In this document: one piece after another, positions 18,178 to 27,727 of the stretch
Position numbering within the stretch: position 1 is the first letter of the stretch
Layout of the letters: each line of letters opens with the position of its first letter
Assembly: GCA_049515895.1 (NCBI GenBank)
Contig: JBEKTQ010000009.1
Location: 38,720-102,719 of the forward strand
DNA from: Candidatus Bathyarchaeia archaeon
Lineage (GTDB): Archaea; Thermoproteota; Bathyarchaeia; Bathyarchaeales; Bathycorpusculaceae
DNA: 64,000 nucleotides
Reading direction: 5' to 3'
Position numbers and translations under genes: made by a program
Notes under the pieces: generated by a model
Databases searched by the model: none
Told to the model about the DNA's origin: nothing
What the model saw: the letters and a program-made list of their open reading frames with translations, nothing else

Positions 18178-19065
18178 TTATGGTCTTGTTTCAAAGATCA
18201 TGTCGAACATGGTCTTAACTGTGCTGACAAACGCTCTAAGGTCGATCTTTTCTTGAAATTGTCTAAACATCCAGTCGCATGGAACGTGTAGTTGAGTCCA
18301 TCTATTGTCTCCTTGTGCGGCTCGTATGGTATGACCCCCCCCGCACCAGGCGCATCTTGGAGTGCTGTCTTTAACCATCGATATTCCTCTTTCATTAATG
18401 GTGAAGACGATCCAGCTAGTCTGATGGTTAACGCCCTTGACTGAAAATATCCTAAACAGTCTGGCAATCTCCGAACCTGTGTCGTCTATTTTGGTCTCGA
18501 AAATTCCATCAAACATGGTTTTAACTTTGCTCACAAACATACTGTCATGTGCCGATGGGATTAAGGTGAAGAAAGCCAGAGCATTCAGGCTTCTCATTTT
18601 GGCCGTGACTAATTGTAGAAACTTGAGAGTCGTATCTGAATTTGACTGGACATTCAGATCTGTAATTGAATCAAACACAAACCTTGGTTTCGACACATTT
18701 TGACAGATTTTCTGGCATGTGATCATCACTCTTAAGAGGTCTGCAGGGTTAACGGCCACGAATGGTTCGTCGCCCGTAGCGTCTCGAACTCGCCAGGAAT
18801 ACGCGTCAACAAGCCTAAGGTCACCTTTCATTCTGTCCTTTTCATCCATAAGATTTTGAATTGACGTTTGAATATCATGGCAATCTTCCTCAGTGGATAG
18901 GTATATCCCCGTTTCCTCGTTCGAAAGTCCTCTGGCTATGAAAGTTTTGCAGAAGGTTGTTTTCCCAGCCCCTGATGGGCCCGTGAGTAGGTATACGCCG
19001 CGAGGAACCTCTCCATGTATCAAGAAACTTGCGCCTGGAAAATCCTCCATTTGAACCGCCTTCAT
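18178..19065 (-). CDS. KaiC/RAD55-like RecA-family ATPase with C-terminal TRASH/YHS-like finger; frameshift in the G8 run at ~18335-18342
   Basis: Walker A GPSGAGKT; FVFDSI; RLFRIFSVKG. RCAWCGG continues in another frame as VIPYEPHKETIDGLNYTFHATGCLDNF. Confidence 0.8.
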   Translation of the reverse strand: MKAVQMEDFPGASFLIHGEVPRGVYLLTGPSGAGKTTFCKTFIARGLSNEETGIYLSTEEDCHDIQTSIQNLMDEKDRMKGDLRLVDAYSWRVRDATGDEPFVAVNPADLLRVMITCQKICQNVSKPRFVFDSITDLNVQSNSDTTLKFLQLVTAKMRSLNALAFFTLIPSAHDSMFVSKVKTMFDGIFETKIDDTGSEIARLFRIFSVKGVNHQTSWIVFTINERGISMVKDSTPRCAWCGGGHTIRAAQGDNRWTQLHVPCDWMFRQFQEKIDLRAFVSTVKTMFDMIFETRP

Positions 19066-19231
19066 CGTAAACTAATGGATAGAAACGTATAGGAGGTTTA
19101 CCGTTAAATCTTTTTTGCGTAATCATGTATCTTGTTAGAAAGTAGGAGCTTGTCCAGCATTAAAATCAAACTGTGTTATTTCCTTGCAAAGATGAAAGAT
19201 TCCTCTTTTCGTCCGCCTGCTGGCAACTATG

Positions 19232-19951
19232 CTATTTCTCTCGCGCACTGATTTGATTTATGCGTTCCATCGCTTCTAAAATCACCAGCTTCAAATCTCT
19301 GTGTTCAATTTTTTTTGTCTCTAAAACTGGGAGCCCAAAATTCAAGTCGTCTATATCTTTTAGGTTCTTCTCAGCTTCTCCAAGTGTATCAAAAAGCATA
19401 ATGCCCATTAGACCACTGAAAAACTGTCTAAAAGCGTCCTCATCCAAACCTTCCCGTCTCGCTTTATTCTTAAGATATTTGTAAAAATCTATCATGCCAG
19501 GATCCAGTAACAAAAGTTTATGAGTCGGGTCAGCATCAAAGAACTTGCCTTTCCCACCCAGCAAGCAGTCAATGCAAGTCACCGCGTCCACTTTAACTAC
19601 GCCAAATTCCTCAGCAAGCATTTTCATCTCATTATTTGGACCGAGGCACAGATCCCCATAAACCAAAACTACCCTTCCTGAAAAACGGGAGAGCGTTCGT
19701 TTTAGAACTTCGCGAAGATTCTTCTCCAAAAGAGCGTAATCTCCGTGGAAGAACTTGCTTACAAAAACCAAACCAGCATTAAGATCGCCTCTTTTCACGA
19801 GCTCCTGGATTTCCGCCTTCAAAGCACTGCAAGACACTAAACAAAACTTCTTGCCTGACTGAGCGTTACTTTCAAGCAAACTGTGAACCTGATTCTTCAC
19901 CTTTTGGGAACATTCCGCGCTTAAATCTGATAACTGTGCTTTAGAGGGCAT
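19232..19951 (-). CDS. DUF1638-like protein
   Basis: LVSCSALKAEI...FFHGD...VLVYGDLC...DAVTCIDCLLGG. Confidence 0.75.
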   Translation of the reverse strand: MPSKAQLSDLSAECSQKVKNQVHSLLESNAQSGKKFCLVSCSALKAEIQELVKRGDLNAGLVFVSKFFHGDYALLEKNLREVLKRTLSRFSGRVVLVYGDLCLGPNNEMKMLAEEFGVVKVDAVTCIDCLLGGKGKFFDADPTHKLLLLDPGMIDFYKYLKNKARREGLDEDAFRQFFSGLMGIMLFDTLGEAEKNLKDIDDLNFGLPVLETKKIEHRDLKLVILEAMERINQISAREK

Positions 19952-20306
19952 AGTCTCAATTTCCGAAAATATGATTATAGTAAATAAGTTTTTATAGGTT
20001 ACATTTTAGGGGGCTCTTTCTCCAAATTCCGATGGTTTGCTCTAAACAACTTATTTGTAAGTTTCCGTTTCGATTATGTTTGGCGCAAACAATTTGATTA
20101 ATAGACGAGAATAATGATTTGGGGATCATTAAAAGAACAGCGCGCACGCTAAAGATAGTTCCAAAAATATAGCCAACCCTAATTCTCATGCTACTCAAGT
20201 TTAGCAAATTTGTTTTACTATGCGACGTTTCTCAGTGTATTCACATTTAAGCTGATTTCTCTATAACCAATTTTCCATTTCCCAACGTTTTTAGTTGTAA
20301 GCGTTC

Positions 20307-20825
20307 TTAGCTTGTTTGAAAGAGTGAATCAGGCAGTTTCGGATTGACTGTGATGTTATAGATCAGCACAGGGTTTCCGTTTGATGAAGTATATGAATAG
20401 TCGCCTGTGCCACTCCAATTCTTAAGATTTGTCACAAAGCCGGTCCACACTGTGCCCCAAAAAGCCCAGTCGGATGTATAGTTGCCAGATACGTATGCGC
20501 CATAGTTGGTGCTATTCCAAGATTTTTCTTGACCTGTATCAAGGATGTAACTCCAGTTGCCAGCCTCTCCGCTCAAAACGTCAATTCGTACTGTGAGGTT
20601 TGATGTACCTATGTTTTTCCCATAGCAAGCATGTGTTACTACTATTGACCCTTGGGTAGTAACGTTGGCCATAAACTCCAAACTGGTAGCGTTTGCAACA
20701 CTTACTAATTGAGTATTACCGCCACCCTTACTCCCGCCATTGTAAACCCAAAGGCCACCAGCAACCGCAGCAACGACAATAACAATTAAGACCGCAACGA
20801 GAATGTATATTGTTTTTTTATTCAT
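20307..20825 (-). CDS. Membrane-anchored secreted protein
   Basis: N-terminal TM helix, many N-x-S/T sequons, C-terminal NPKLPDSLF. Confidence 0.7.
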   Translation of the reverse strand: MNKKTIYILVAVLIVIVVAAVAGGLWVYNGGSKGGGNTQLVSVANATSLEFMANVTTQGSIVVTHACYGKNIGTSNLTVRIDVLSGEAGNWSYILDTGQEKSWNSTNYGAYVSGNYTSDWAFWGTVWTGFVTNLKNWSGTGDYSYTSSNGNPVLIYNITVNPKLPDSLFQTS

Positions 20826-21772
20826 AAAGGTGCCAAGTTACTTATTTGACCAAATTTGATTTAAGCTTTTCCAAAAGTTCTTTAAGCAGACATTTTCCAA
20901 TTTCCGAAACGCTGATTTTGAGATAGACAGAATAGGTCAAAAATAACAGTGTAATGTTGATGTTTTTCGATGGTTAAATGGTAAAGTCGCATGGAACGCC
21001 AGGAGGCACCATTTGTGAAGTCGTCAGTGTAGGGCATTTTGTTTTGAGGTATGCTACAATGCACAGTGGGTATACTTGGAGTCACACTTTCACTTTCTCC
21101 AGGATCTCCGCGATGCCCTGGAAAGCCCTCGCTAAAGTCAGGTCTTCCATCCTTCAGAAACAAGAAGCCCCCTGCATTTCAACAATACACTTAGAAGAAA
21201 AAAAGAAGGAAGAGGTTACGAGTGATGAATAAAACGTTCCTAATTTGGCAGGACCTACCTCACCCCGGCCGCTTCGGCTGACTTCGCTTCTTTTTGTGCT
21301 TGGGTGAAACATTTACGTTTTTCTCAGCAATATTAACTTGTCTTTTTAGTAGGAAGGTTCAGTCACTAAACCTCGCCTGTTTTTCCAGTAGTAAATTTCA
21401 TGCTCGAAACGCCACCAATTGGTTTTAGTACAAAACGTAAACAATTACGGCTTGAAGAAATCTTGCAAAGAAAAATTCAATGATTTGTAGTTTAAACCTA
21501 CTCTCCGCTACCAATAAAATTCTATTCGAGCATTTTTGGCTCAAAAAGGTCGAGTAGTCAATTTTTAAGGTCATCATTTAGGCAGATAAAGCAGAAGAAG
21601 CAGAAGAAGAAGAGTGCTACCACAGCGTCTTCTTCTTTTAATGAACAGATTAATAGCACTTTTAACAGATCAGACTTGAGATTTTAGCCATACGCCAGAG
21701 ATTAATGAAACCTTTTTTTGATAAGCAAACTTTAATGCTTCCCCCATACAAATGACTGGTCACTGATCTAGT

Positions 21773-22048
21773 ATGGTTAGGCTAAAATGCAAGAAATGCG
21801 GAAACGTTTTCGAAATCGGTAATGCCTCAGCAGCCGCTCAAGGTTTTCTACTCCACGTTGGACCCTATCACCTGATAAAATGCCCCGCTTGCGGCAAAAG
21901 AAGTATGATGGATACTTGTTCTTCGGTAAAGGATCCAGTCACCTGGCCTCCAGAGGAAAAACAGCATGTGCCTGTTCTCGAGACTCAGCTCACTGAGGAA
22001 GAGCTGGAGAAAAAACCCATCGAAGAATCCAAATATGAAAAGCCTTAA
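21773..22048 (+). CDS. Zinc-ribbon protein
   Basis: CKKCG...KCPACG; first gene of the ABC operon. Confidence 0.7.
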   Translation: MVRLKCKKCGNVFEIGNASAAAQGFLLHVGPYHLIKCPACGKRSMMDTCSSVKDPVTWPPEEKQHVPVLETQLTEEELEKKPIEESKYEKP

Positions 22049-22059
22049 TTTTTCCAGCA

Positions 22060-23004
22060 TTGCAGGCGTCAGGCATGATCGACACTGAAAACTTAACACG
22101 AAAATTCGGCAGCCTAACAGCCGTCGAAAACGTTTCTCTTCATGTTGATGAAGGCGAAGTTTTCGGTTTTTTAGGACCCAACGGCGCTGGTAAAACCACG
22201 ACTATTCGGATGCTTTGCTGCCTGATAGGTAAAACCAGCGGGCGGGCTCGCATCGGCAACTTTTCTGTCGACAACGAGGATGATTGTCTCGCAATTAGAA
22301 AAAACATCGGTTTACTGCCTGAAAACGTGGGCTTATATGAGAGCTTGAGCGCTTACAAGAACTTGGATTTTTATGGCAAACTGTATGAAGTTCCAGCGCA
22401 GAAAAGACAGGAAAACATCGAGCGTTTGCTTAAGCTTCTGGGAATTTGGGAAAGGCGCGAAGATTTAGCAGGCACATTTAGTAAGGGGACAAAACAGAAA
22501 ATAGCGATCGCTAGAGCGTTAATTCACGAGCCGCAAGTGCTGTTTTTGGATGAGCCGACGGCAAATCTTGATCCTGAAGCGGCGAAAACGGTGAGAGACT
22601 TCATTTTGGATCTTAAAAAGGAGAAAAAAACGATTTTTCTTAACACTCATAATCTGGATGAAGCGGAACGGCTGTGCGATAGAATCGGTATCCTTAAAAC
22701 TAGGCTCGTGGCTGTGGATTCGCCGAAGAACCTGGAGCGTAGTCTTTACAATCGCAAGACCATCGTGCATTTGGCAAACGTCAGTGATGCAGTGTTGGCT
22801 GCGGTTAATAGGCTTGGCGCGGTTAAGAATGTGCGTACTAGCGACAACAAGTTGATTCTTGACATTGATAATCCTGAAGAGTCTAACCCTGAAGTTGTTA
22901 GAGCCATAGTTAGTGCAGGTGGCAACATCCAGTACGTCACCGAGCTGCGTTCTACACTTGAGGATGTTTACTTGAAGTTAATCAGGGAGGCTTCCTCGCA
23001 ATGA
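22060..23004 (+). CDS. ABC transporter ATP-binding protein
   Basis: GPNGAGKTT, FSKGTKQK, LDEPT. Likely start ATG 22075. Confidence 0.95.
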   Translation: MQASGMIDTENLTRKFGSLTAVENVSLHVDEGEVFGFLGPNGAGKTTTIRMLCCLIGKTSGRARIGNFSVDNEDDCLAIRKNIGLLPENVGLYESLSAYKNLDFYGKLYEVPAQKRQENIERLLKLLGIWERREDLAGTFSKGTKQKIAIARALIHEPQVLFLDEPTANLDPEAAKTVRDFILDLKKEKKTIFLNTHNLDEAERLCDRIGILKTRLVAVDSPKNLERSLYNRKTIVHLANVSDAVLAAVNRLGAVKNVRTSDNKLILDIDNPEESNPEVVRAIVSAGGNIQYVTELRSTLEDVYLKLIREASSQ

Positions 23005-23750
23005 GACTTTGGAAATCGTGGATTGTAACTCAAAAGGATTTAAGTGTAATCAGGAAAAACAAGTACGTCTTTTACTCGCTGATTGCAATGCCGGCGATAC
23101 TTGGTATTGTTCTTCCAGCCACTTTTGTCTTTGCGTTAAACGCGGAGTTGACGGCGCTTCCTCATGACCAGTTCATGGCGGCTGCCACCCAGCTCATAAA
23201 CATCTCAGCAACGTATCTGATTGTTATTTCGGCAGTTTTGCCGTCGATCATTGCTTCTTACAGCTTTGTCGGTGAAAAGGTTGAGAAAAGCCTTGAACCC
23301 TTATTGGCGACGCCTACTACGGATGGCGAGCTTTTGCTAGGGAAGAGTTTGGCAGCCTTCATTCCATGCGTCGGCGTAACTTTCCTTGCTGCCGCCATCT
23401 CTGCTTCAATAGTTGATGTTTGGTCGTACGTTCGCATAGGCACAGTTTTGGTGCCGACCTTGTTTTGGATTTTAGCTGTATTAGTCATCACTCCTTTAGC
23501 TTGCATCATGAGTGTCGAAGCAAACGTGATTGTGTCCTCCAGAGTTAATGACATACGGGCAGCGCAGCAGCTGGGCGGATTAGTTGTGTTGCCTATAGTT
23601 GGCTTGTTGATTCTCGTTGTTGTGGGAGCTGAACTGTCAACAGTGCTCGCGGTTCTTGTTACTGTTGTGTTAGTGGTCGCAGACGTCACTTTGTTCTACT
23701 TGAGCAAAGAGACTTTTCAAAGGGAAGAAATCCTGACAAAATGGAAATGA
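23001..23750 (+). CDS. ABC-2 type permease
   Basis: 6 TM helices; SFVGEKVEKSLEPLLATP. Confidence 0.9.
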   Translation: MRLWKSWIVTQKDLSVIRKNKYVFYSLIAMPAILGIVLPATFVFALNAELTALPHDQFMAAATQLINISATYLIVISAVLPSIIASYSFVGEKVEKSLEPLLATPTTDGELLLGKSLAAFIPCVGVTFLAAAISASIVDVWSYVRIGTVLVPTLFWILAVLVITPLACIMSVEANVIVSSRVNDIRAAQQLGGLVVLPIVGLLILVVVGAELSTVLAVLVTVVLVVADVTLFYLSKETFQREEILTKWK

Positions 23751-23807
23751 GCCGCGTAATTCTAAATTTAAAGTCATTCACTTTGACGAACCCTAAATTC
23801 TCTCTGC

Positions 23808-23942
23808 TCAGAGAAGTCGGTTAATTCCTTGTCCATCGATAGGTGCTTTCCATCTTAAAACGCCACCGATCACCTTTGGGACTTTGTACCGTGCTAGCAC
23901 TTTGAAGCGTGCAGTTAATGATACTTTTTCAGTTACGGGCAT
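23808..23942 (-). pseudogene. Degenerate AbrB/SpoVT-like regulator gene
   Basis: MPVTEKVSL..., which across frameshifts reads approximately LQSASTVQVPKVIRWRFKME. Confidence 0.4.
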
Positions 23943-23976
23943 TTTATTTCTCCCGTTTTTTAATCATTCAACTTTT

Positions 23977-24070
23977 GACTTTAGTTGACGTTTGTTGACG
24001 GTAATGGCCGCCTATTGACTTTAGTTGACGTTGGCTGACGTTAGTTGACTTTTGTTGACGTTAGTTGACG
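23977..24070. repeat. Degenerate 10-bp tandem repeats (GACKTTDGTT)
   Basis: GACTTTAGTT GACGTTTGTT GACG ... GACTTTAGTT GACGTTGGCT GACGTTAGTT GACTTTTGTT GACGTTAGTT GACG. Confidence 0.85.
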
Positions 24071-24190
24071 CAACCTGCAAACGCAGCAAGCTCCTAACCA
24101 AAAAACCAACCCAAAACACAAACAACAATTTTCTTCCCCACAAAACCTCCCGTAATAGCTCGCGTTTAGTTATCCCAAAGGAAAAAACGT

Positions 24191-24910
24191 TTAAGCAGGA
24201 GAACGCAGGTCAATGACAGTTGTTCCCGCGAATTTGTCAAAGTACCTCATGAACGTTGGGTTTTTCAGCCGCCACCCGATAAGCAAGTCAAAAGGCAACA
24301 GCGGCAAGACCTTTCCAAAGTTCCTAATCGCTGCGTGATCATAAGACATTTTTTTTCCGTCAGTCCGGACAACCTTTAATCCCGTAATACGTTTGCCTAT
24401 GCTTTGACCGTTAAAGCCTTCCAGCAATGTTGAGTAAAGCCAAAGCAGACCCACCGTGATGAAGAGCACAGTGCTTATTCCTCCACTGAGGACATTTTTT
24501 ATGGACATGGAGAGAACTTGCGGAATAAAAAAAATCGTTATTGTAATGGCTAATATTATTGCGAAATCAATCGCGAAGGCTGAAACTCTTTTCTTGAAAG
24601 ATGCGAGGGGAAGCTGGCTTTGTTTTCTCTGTATATCAGCGACTTCCGCCCACCCCTCGATGTCATGAACGATTCTTACTGCGTTTTCTCCAGCCCTGCT
24701 TAGCTTGTACTTGCCGGAGGGAGTTTGCTCTATGAAAGCTTCTAACGCCCGGAGGTGAAAACTTAGCTTTCCAGTATCGACCTTTAGAAGGTTCAGTAGA
24801 TCGGTGAAGGACGACTCTCCCTTTTCGCTAAGATTAAGTAGTATTTCTCTTCGCAAAGGATGCGAAAGGATCGAAAGTATCTTTGAAACGCTTTCTTGTT
24901 CTACTGACAT
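24191..24910 (-). CDS. ArsR-type wHTH fused to RDD membrane domain
   Basis: LSHPLRREIL...LSFHL; ASFKKRVSAFAID...GQSIGK..GLKVV...DKFAGT.V. Confidence 0.9.
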   Translation of the reverse strand: MSVEQESVSKILSILSHPLRREILLNLSEKGESSFTDLLNLLKVDTGKLSFHLRALEAFIEQTPSGKYKLSRAGENAVRIVHDIEGWAEVADIQRKQSQLPLASFKKRVSAFAIDFAIILAITITIFFIPQVLSMSIKNVLSGGISTVLFITVGLLWLYSTLLEGFNGQSIGKRITGLKVVRTDGKKMSYDHAAIRNFGKVLPLLPFDLLIGWRLKNPTFMRYFDKFAGTTVIDLRSPA

Positions 24911-25069
24911 GTTTCAAAACCATACATCATAGTGCATTGCAACCGCTTTTGTCGTGCATTTCATAAACATGCATTTGCTTTTATATAAGTCCAACCCACT
25001 AAACACAGTAATTTTAAACCGGGATACGAGAGATAGGCTTTAAAGTGGAAAAGCAGCGCAATACCTTGT

Positions 25070-25969
25070 ATGTCGAGCGCTGAAATGGCTGTCAAGGTTT
25101 TCCGTGAACTGGAAAATGAAGATTTCAGAATACTCCAAATTATTGAAACGGCAATGAGCAAACGCGATTTTGTACCCATCGAGCAGATACAAAAATATGC
25201 TAAGCTGCCGATGGACCGCATACTCTATACTCTTGGCAGGCTGAACAAGCTGGGTTTGATTTACAGGTCAAAAGGCTCCTATGTAGGGCACAAGCTAAAC
25301 TATGCAGGCTACGATTCCCTTGCCATAAACGCCCTTGTGAAAGCTGGGATAATCGAATCTTTCGGCCAAATCTTAGGCGTTGGAAAAGAAGCCGATGTTT
25401 ACGACGCATTAACCCCCAGCGGCGAACGAATTGCCGTTAAGTTTCACAGGTTAGGCAGAATAAGTTTTAGGCAAACCAGAAGAAAGCGTGGATATATTCG
25501 AGAGCATTCGACTTGGCTTTTCCAGTCGCACCTCGCAGCTGAGAAAGAGTTCCAAGCTTTGGGACTTGTTTATAGAAATGGGGTTTCAGTGCCGAAGCCC
25601 ATTAGCCAGAACAGGCATGTTATCGCAATGGGTATGATTGAAGGCGGCGAATTGGGGAAGTACAAAGATATCGGTGAACCGAAGAAAGTTTTGAAGGAGA
25701 TTTTGCGCAATGTAAGGAAGACTTACTTAAAAGCGCATGTTATTCACGCTGACCTAAGCGAGTACAACATAATCTTGAAGCCTGACGGGCACATCCTTAT
25801 CATAGATTGGCCTCAATACGTTGCGGCTGACCACGCTAACGCAGAGGATCTTCTTATGCGTGATCTAAAGAATGTGCTTGTTTATTTTAGCCGCAAGTTC
25901 AACGTTGATTTGGCTGTTGGTGAAGCCTGCGACTACGTGACTGGGAAAGTTAGAAGCTTAGCGGTTTAA
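25070..25969 (+). CDS. rio2: RIO2-type serine/threonine kinase
   Basis: N-terminal wHTH; GVGKEADVY, AVKFHRLG, IHADLSEYNI, IIDWPQ. Confidence 0.95.
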   Translation: MSSAEMAVKVFRELENEDFRILQIIETAMSKRDFVPIEQIQKYAKLPMDRILYTLGRLNKLGLIYRSKGSYVGHKLNYAGYDSLAINALVKAGIIESFGQILGVGKEADVYDALTPSGERIAVKFHRLGRISFRQTRRKRGYIREHSTWLFQSHLAAEKEFQALGLVYRNGVSVPKPISQNRHVIAMGMIEGGELGKYKDIGEPKKVLKEILRNVRKTYLKAHVIHADLSEYNIILKPDGHILIIDWPQYVAADHANAEDLLMRDLKNVLVYFSRKFNVDLAVGEACDYVTGKVRSLAV

Positions 25970-26211
25970 TGTTTGTCGGCGTCTAAGACAACATAGAGTA
26001 TGTTGTTTCCACGCAGCAGCACATTGCCGTAGTTTGTCATCAGCTGTTCGTCTTTGAGTTCGTTTGCGCCTTCAAGCAGGATGTTCATGTGGCCGTCGCA
26101 TTTGATCATTTTTCCCTTGTATTCATAACCGTTTTTTAGGACAACCTCAATGTTTCCGTGCAGTTGCTTTATGAGAACGTTTAGGGGTTTTTTACTTGGT
26201 TCCATCATCAT
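25966..26211 (-). CDS. Sm-like (SmAP/Lsm) RNA-binding protein
   Basis: VVLKNG..YKG....DGHMNILL...LLRGNNI. Confidence 0.95.
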   Translation of the reverse strand: MMMEPSKKPLNVLIKQLHGNIEVVLKNGYEYKGKMIKCDGHMNILLEGANELKDEQLMTNYGNVLLRGNNILYVVLDADKH

Positions 26212-26385
26212 ACTTTATCGTGTCCTTGTAATAATGCTTGTATTATCCATGAACCCATCACCAAATATAAAAGGCTTATGAAAGGGGTTGTCAACTATCG
26301 TTTCACAGCACAAGTTCTAAGGGACGCTAATTCGGCTAAGTCAAGTCTGCTGGAATTAGATGGTAAGAAAAAGGTTTTGAAAGCT

Positions 26386-26637
26386 TTAGATTTTGGATGC
26401 TAATGATATGAGCGCAACTACAACGAAGGCGATGCCGGTCCATAACAGGTCGCCGGTTAGAAAGTATACAATTGCGGCGATAATGATTGCAGGTATCAGG
26501 ATCACGAACAGTTTTATGAGGACTATTATTATCAAGCCGATTATCACGAGAACGACGAGCAATGGCAGACTAAGCCACCCGAGTCCCAAGCTGCTAAGAA
26601 TAGAATATATTATTGGCAGGAAGAGAGCAAAATTCAT
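26386..26637 (-). CDS. Small hydrophobic membrane protein
   Basis: 83 aa, almost entirely TM; GAGGA RBS. Confidence 0.6.
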   Translation of the reverse strand: MNFALFLPIIYSILSSLGLGWLSLPLLVVLVIIGLIIIVLIKLFVILIPAIIIAAIVYFLTGDLLWTGIAFVVVALISLASKI

Positions 26638-26689
26638 TGTTTATCCTCAATCAAACTGTGGGGCAATCGAGTAAATAACATTTTTGCTG

Positions 26690-27631
26690 CTAAAACGTGA
26701 TGCCGCTGACTTCTGCGATTATTAAATAAAATGCAGCTAACCCTTTGCATCGTCCCCACGCCTCAGCGATTTCCCGTGCCTCAGCGATTTCCCGTGCCTC
26801 AGCGGCTTTAATCGGTCTACCCTCACAGTAGTAAGTTGAAATCACCCTCCGAATCCCGAAGTCGTCCGCGGGAAAAGCATCCAATCTCTGCATACCCCGC
26901 AGCATTGTCAACTCAGCCGTCCAAACCCCGATGCCCCTCACTGCGTCGAGCTTCGGGATGATTTCTTGCGCGTTTTTCCGGCTTTCCAGGCGTTCAAGGT
27001 CCAACTTTCCAGCGGCTATCAATTCTGCGGCTTCATGAATATACTCGGCTTTGCGCCCGCTTAATCCAATCTGCTGGATCTCATTTACTCTAATGCCGGC
27101 AAGGGTTTGAGGTGTCGGGAAGGCAAAGTAAATTTCGCCATCAATGTCGAGGTGTTCGCCAAATTTTTTTATAAGCTTTTCTTCTAAGCCAATTGCAACT
27201 TTGATCGAAATTTGTTGCTCAATGATCGAGTCAACGAGCGATTCGAAAACAGTCGGAGTTGTCGGGTTCTTCAGTCCATACAATTGCTTGGTAACCTCGG
27301 TCATTACGCGGTCAGCCTTGACATCCCTATAGAAAGAACAAAGATCAAAGTCCAAGTTGAAAATGAATCGGACTGCTTCTTCCGCTTTTTGCTTGTCTCC
27401 AGAAGTTAAAGAGTTGTGTGGTTTCAACTCAACACTTAATTTTGGCTGATCCAAACTTCCCACCGAAGCTACTCGAACTAGAGCCAGTTGACCGTCGAGT
27501 TTAAGCACTACACTAAAAAATCCGTCTCGGAAAGTCCGGATTTGTCTGTCACCATTTCGAAATATTTGAGCAGTCAAATCGAAATTGAACGGGGCAACTG
27601 CCTTAACTTGAAAAGATTCGGTAAATGCCAA
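26690..27631 (-). CDS. alkA: DNA-3-methyladenine glycosylase (AlkA/HhH-GPD)
   Basis: FESLVDSIIEQQIS, FPTP, HhH GIGVWTAE, FPADD. Confidence 0.9.
   Translation of the reverse strand: MAFTESFQVKAVAPFNFDLTAQIFRNGDRQIRTFRDGFFSVVLKLDGQLALVRVASVGSLDQPKLSVELKPHNSLTSGDKQKAEEAVRFIFNLDFDLCSFYRDVKADRVMTEVTKQLYGLKNPTTPTVFESLVDSIIEQQISIKVAIGLEEKLIKKFGEHLDIDGEIYFAFPTPQTLAGIRVNEIQQIGLSGRKAEYIHEAAELIAAGKLDLERLESRKNAQEIIPKLDAVRGIGVWTAELTMLRGMQRLDAFPADDFGIRRVISTYYCEGRPIKAAEAREIAEAREIAEAWGRCKGLAAFYLIIAEVSGITF
26760..26804. repeat. 18-bp tandem duplication in alkA (AEAREI x2.5)
   Basis: GCCTCAGCGATTTCCCGT x2 + GCCTCAGCG. Confidence 0.9.
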
Positions 27632-27727
27632 CGTGCCTCAACTGGAGCATTGGCTTTAATGCGGCTTAGTGATATTAAAGATTTTTAACCTGAGGTTGCA
27701 TTGTAAGCAACAAAAGGATGGTAAACT

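Larger units (their letters stand above)
17289..21272. mobile_element. ~4-kb defective integrated element at the 5' end of tRNA-His
   Basis: Exact 18-bp direct repeat CTACCTCACCCCGGCCGC at 17289-17306 and 21255-21272; integrase remnant next to the tRNA. Confidence 0.8.

Noticed and set aside
20882-21232. Overlapping ORFs or a possible ncRNA near the right att site
   Set aside because: No recognisable protein motif, and only a short TCCAGG/CCTGGA hairpin.
23977-24070. Mini-CRISPR
   Set aside because: The 10-bp units are contiguous, with no 30-40-nt unique spacers.
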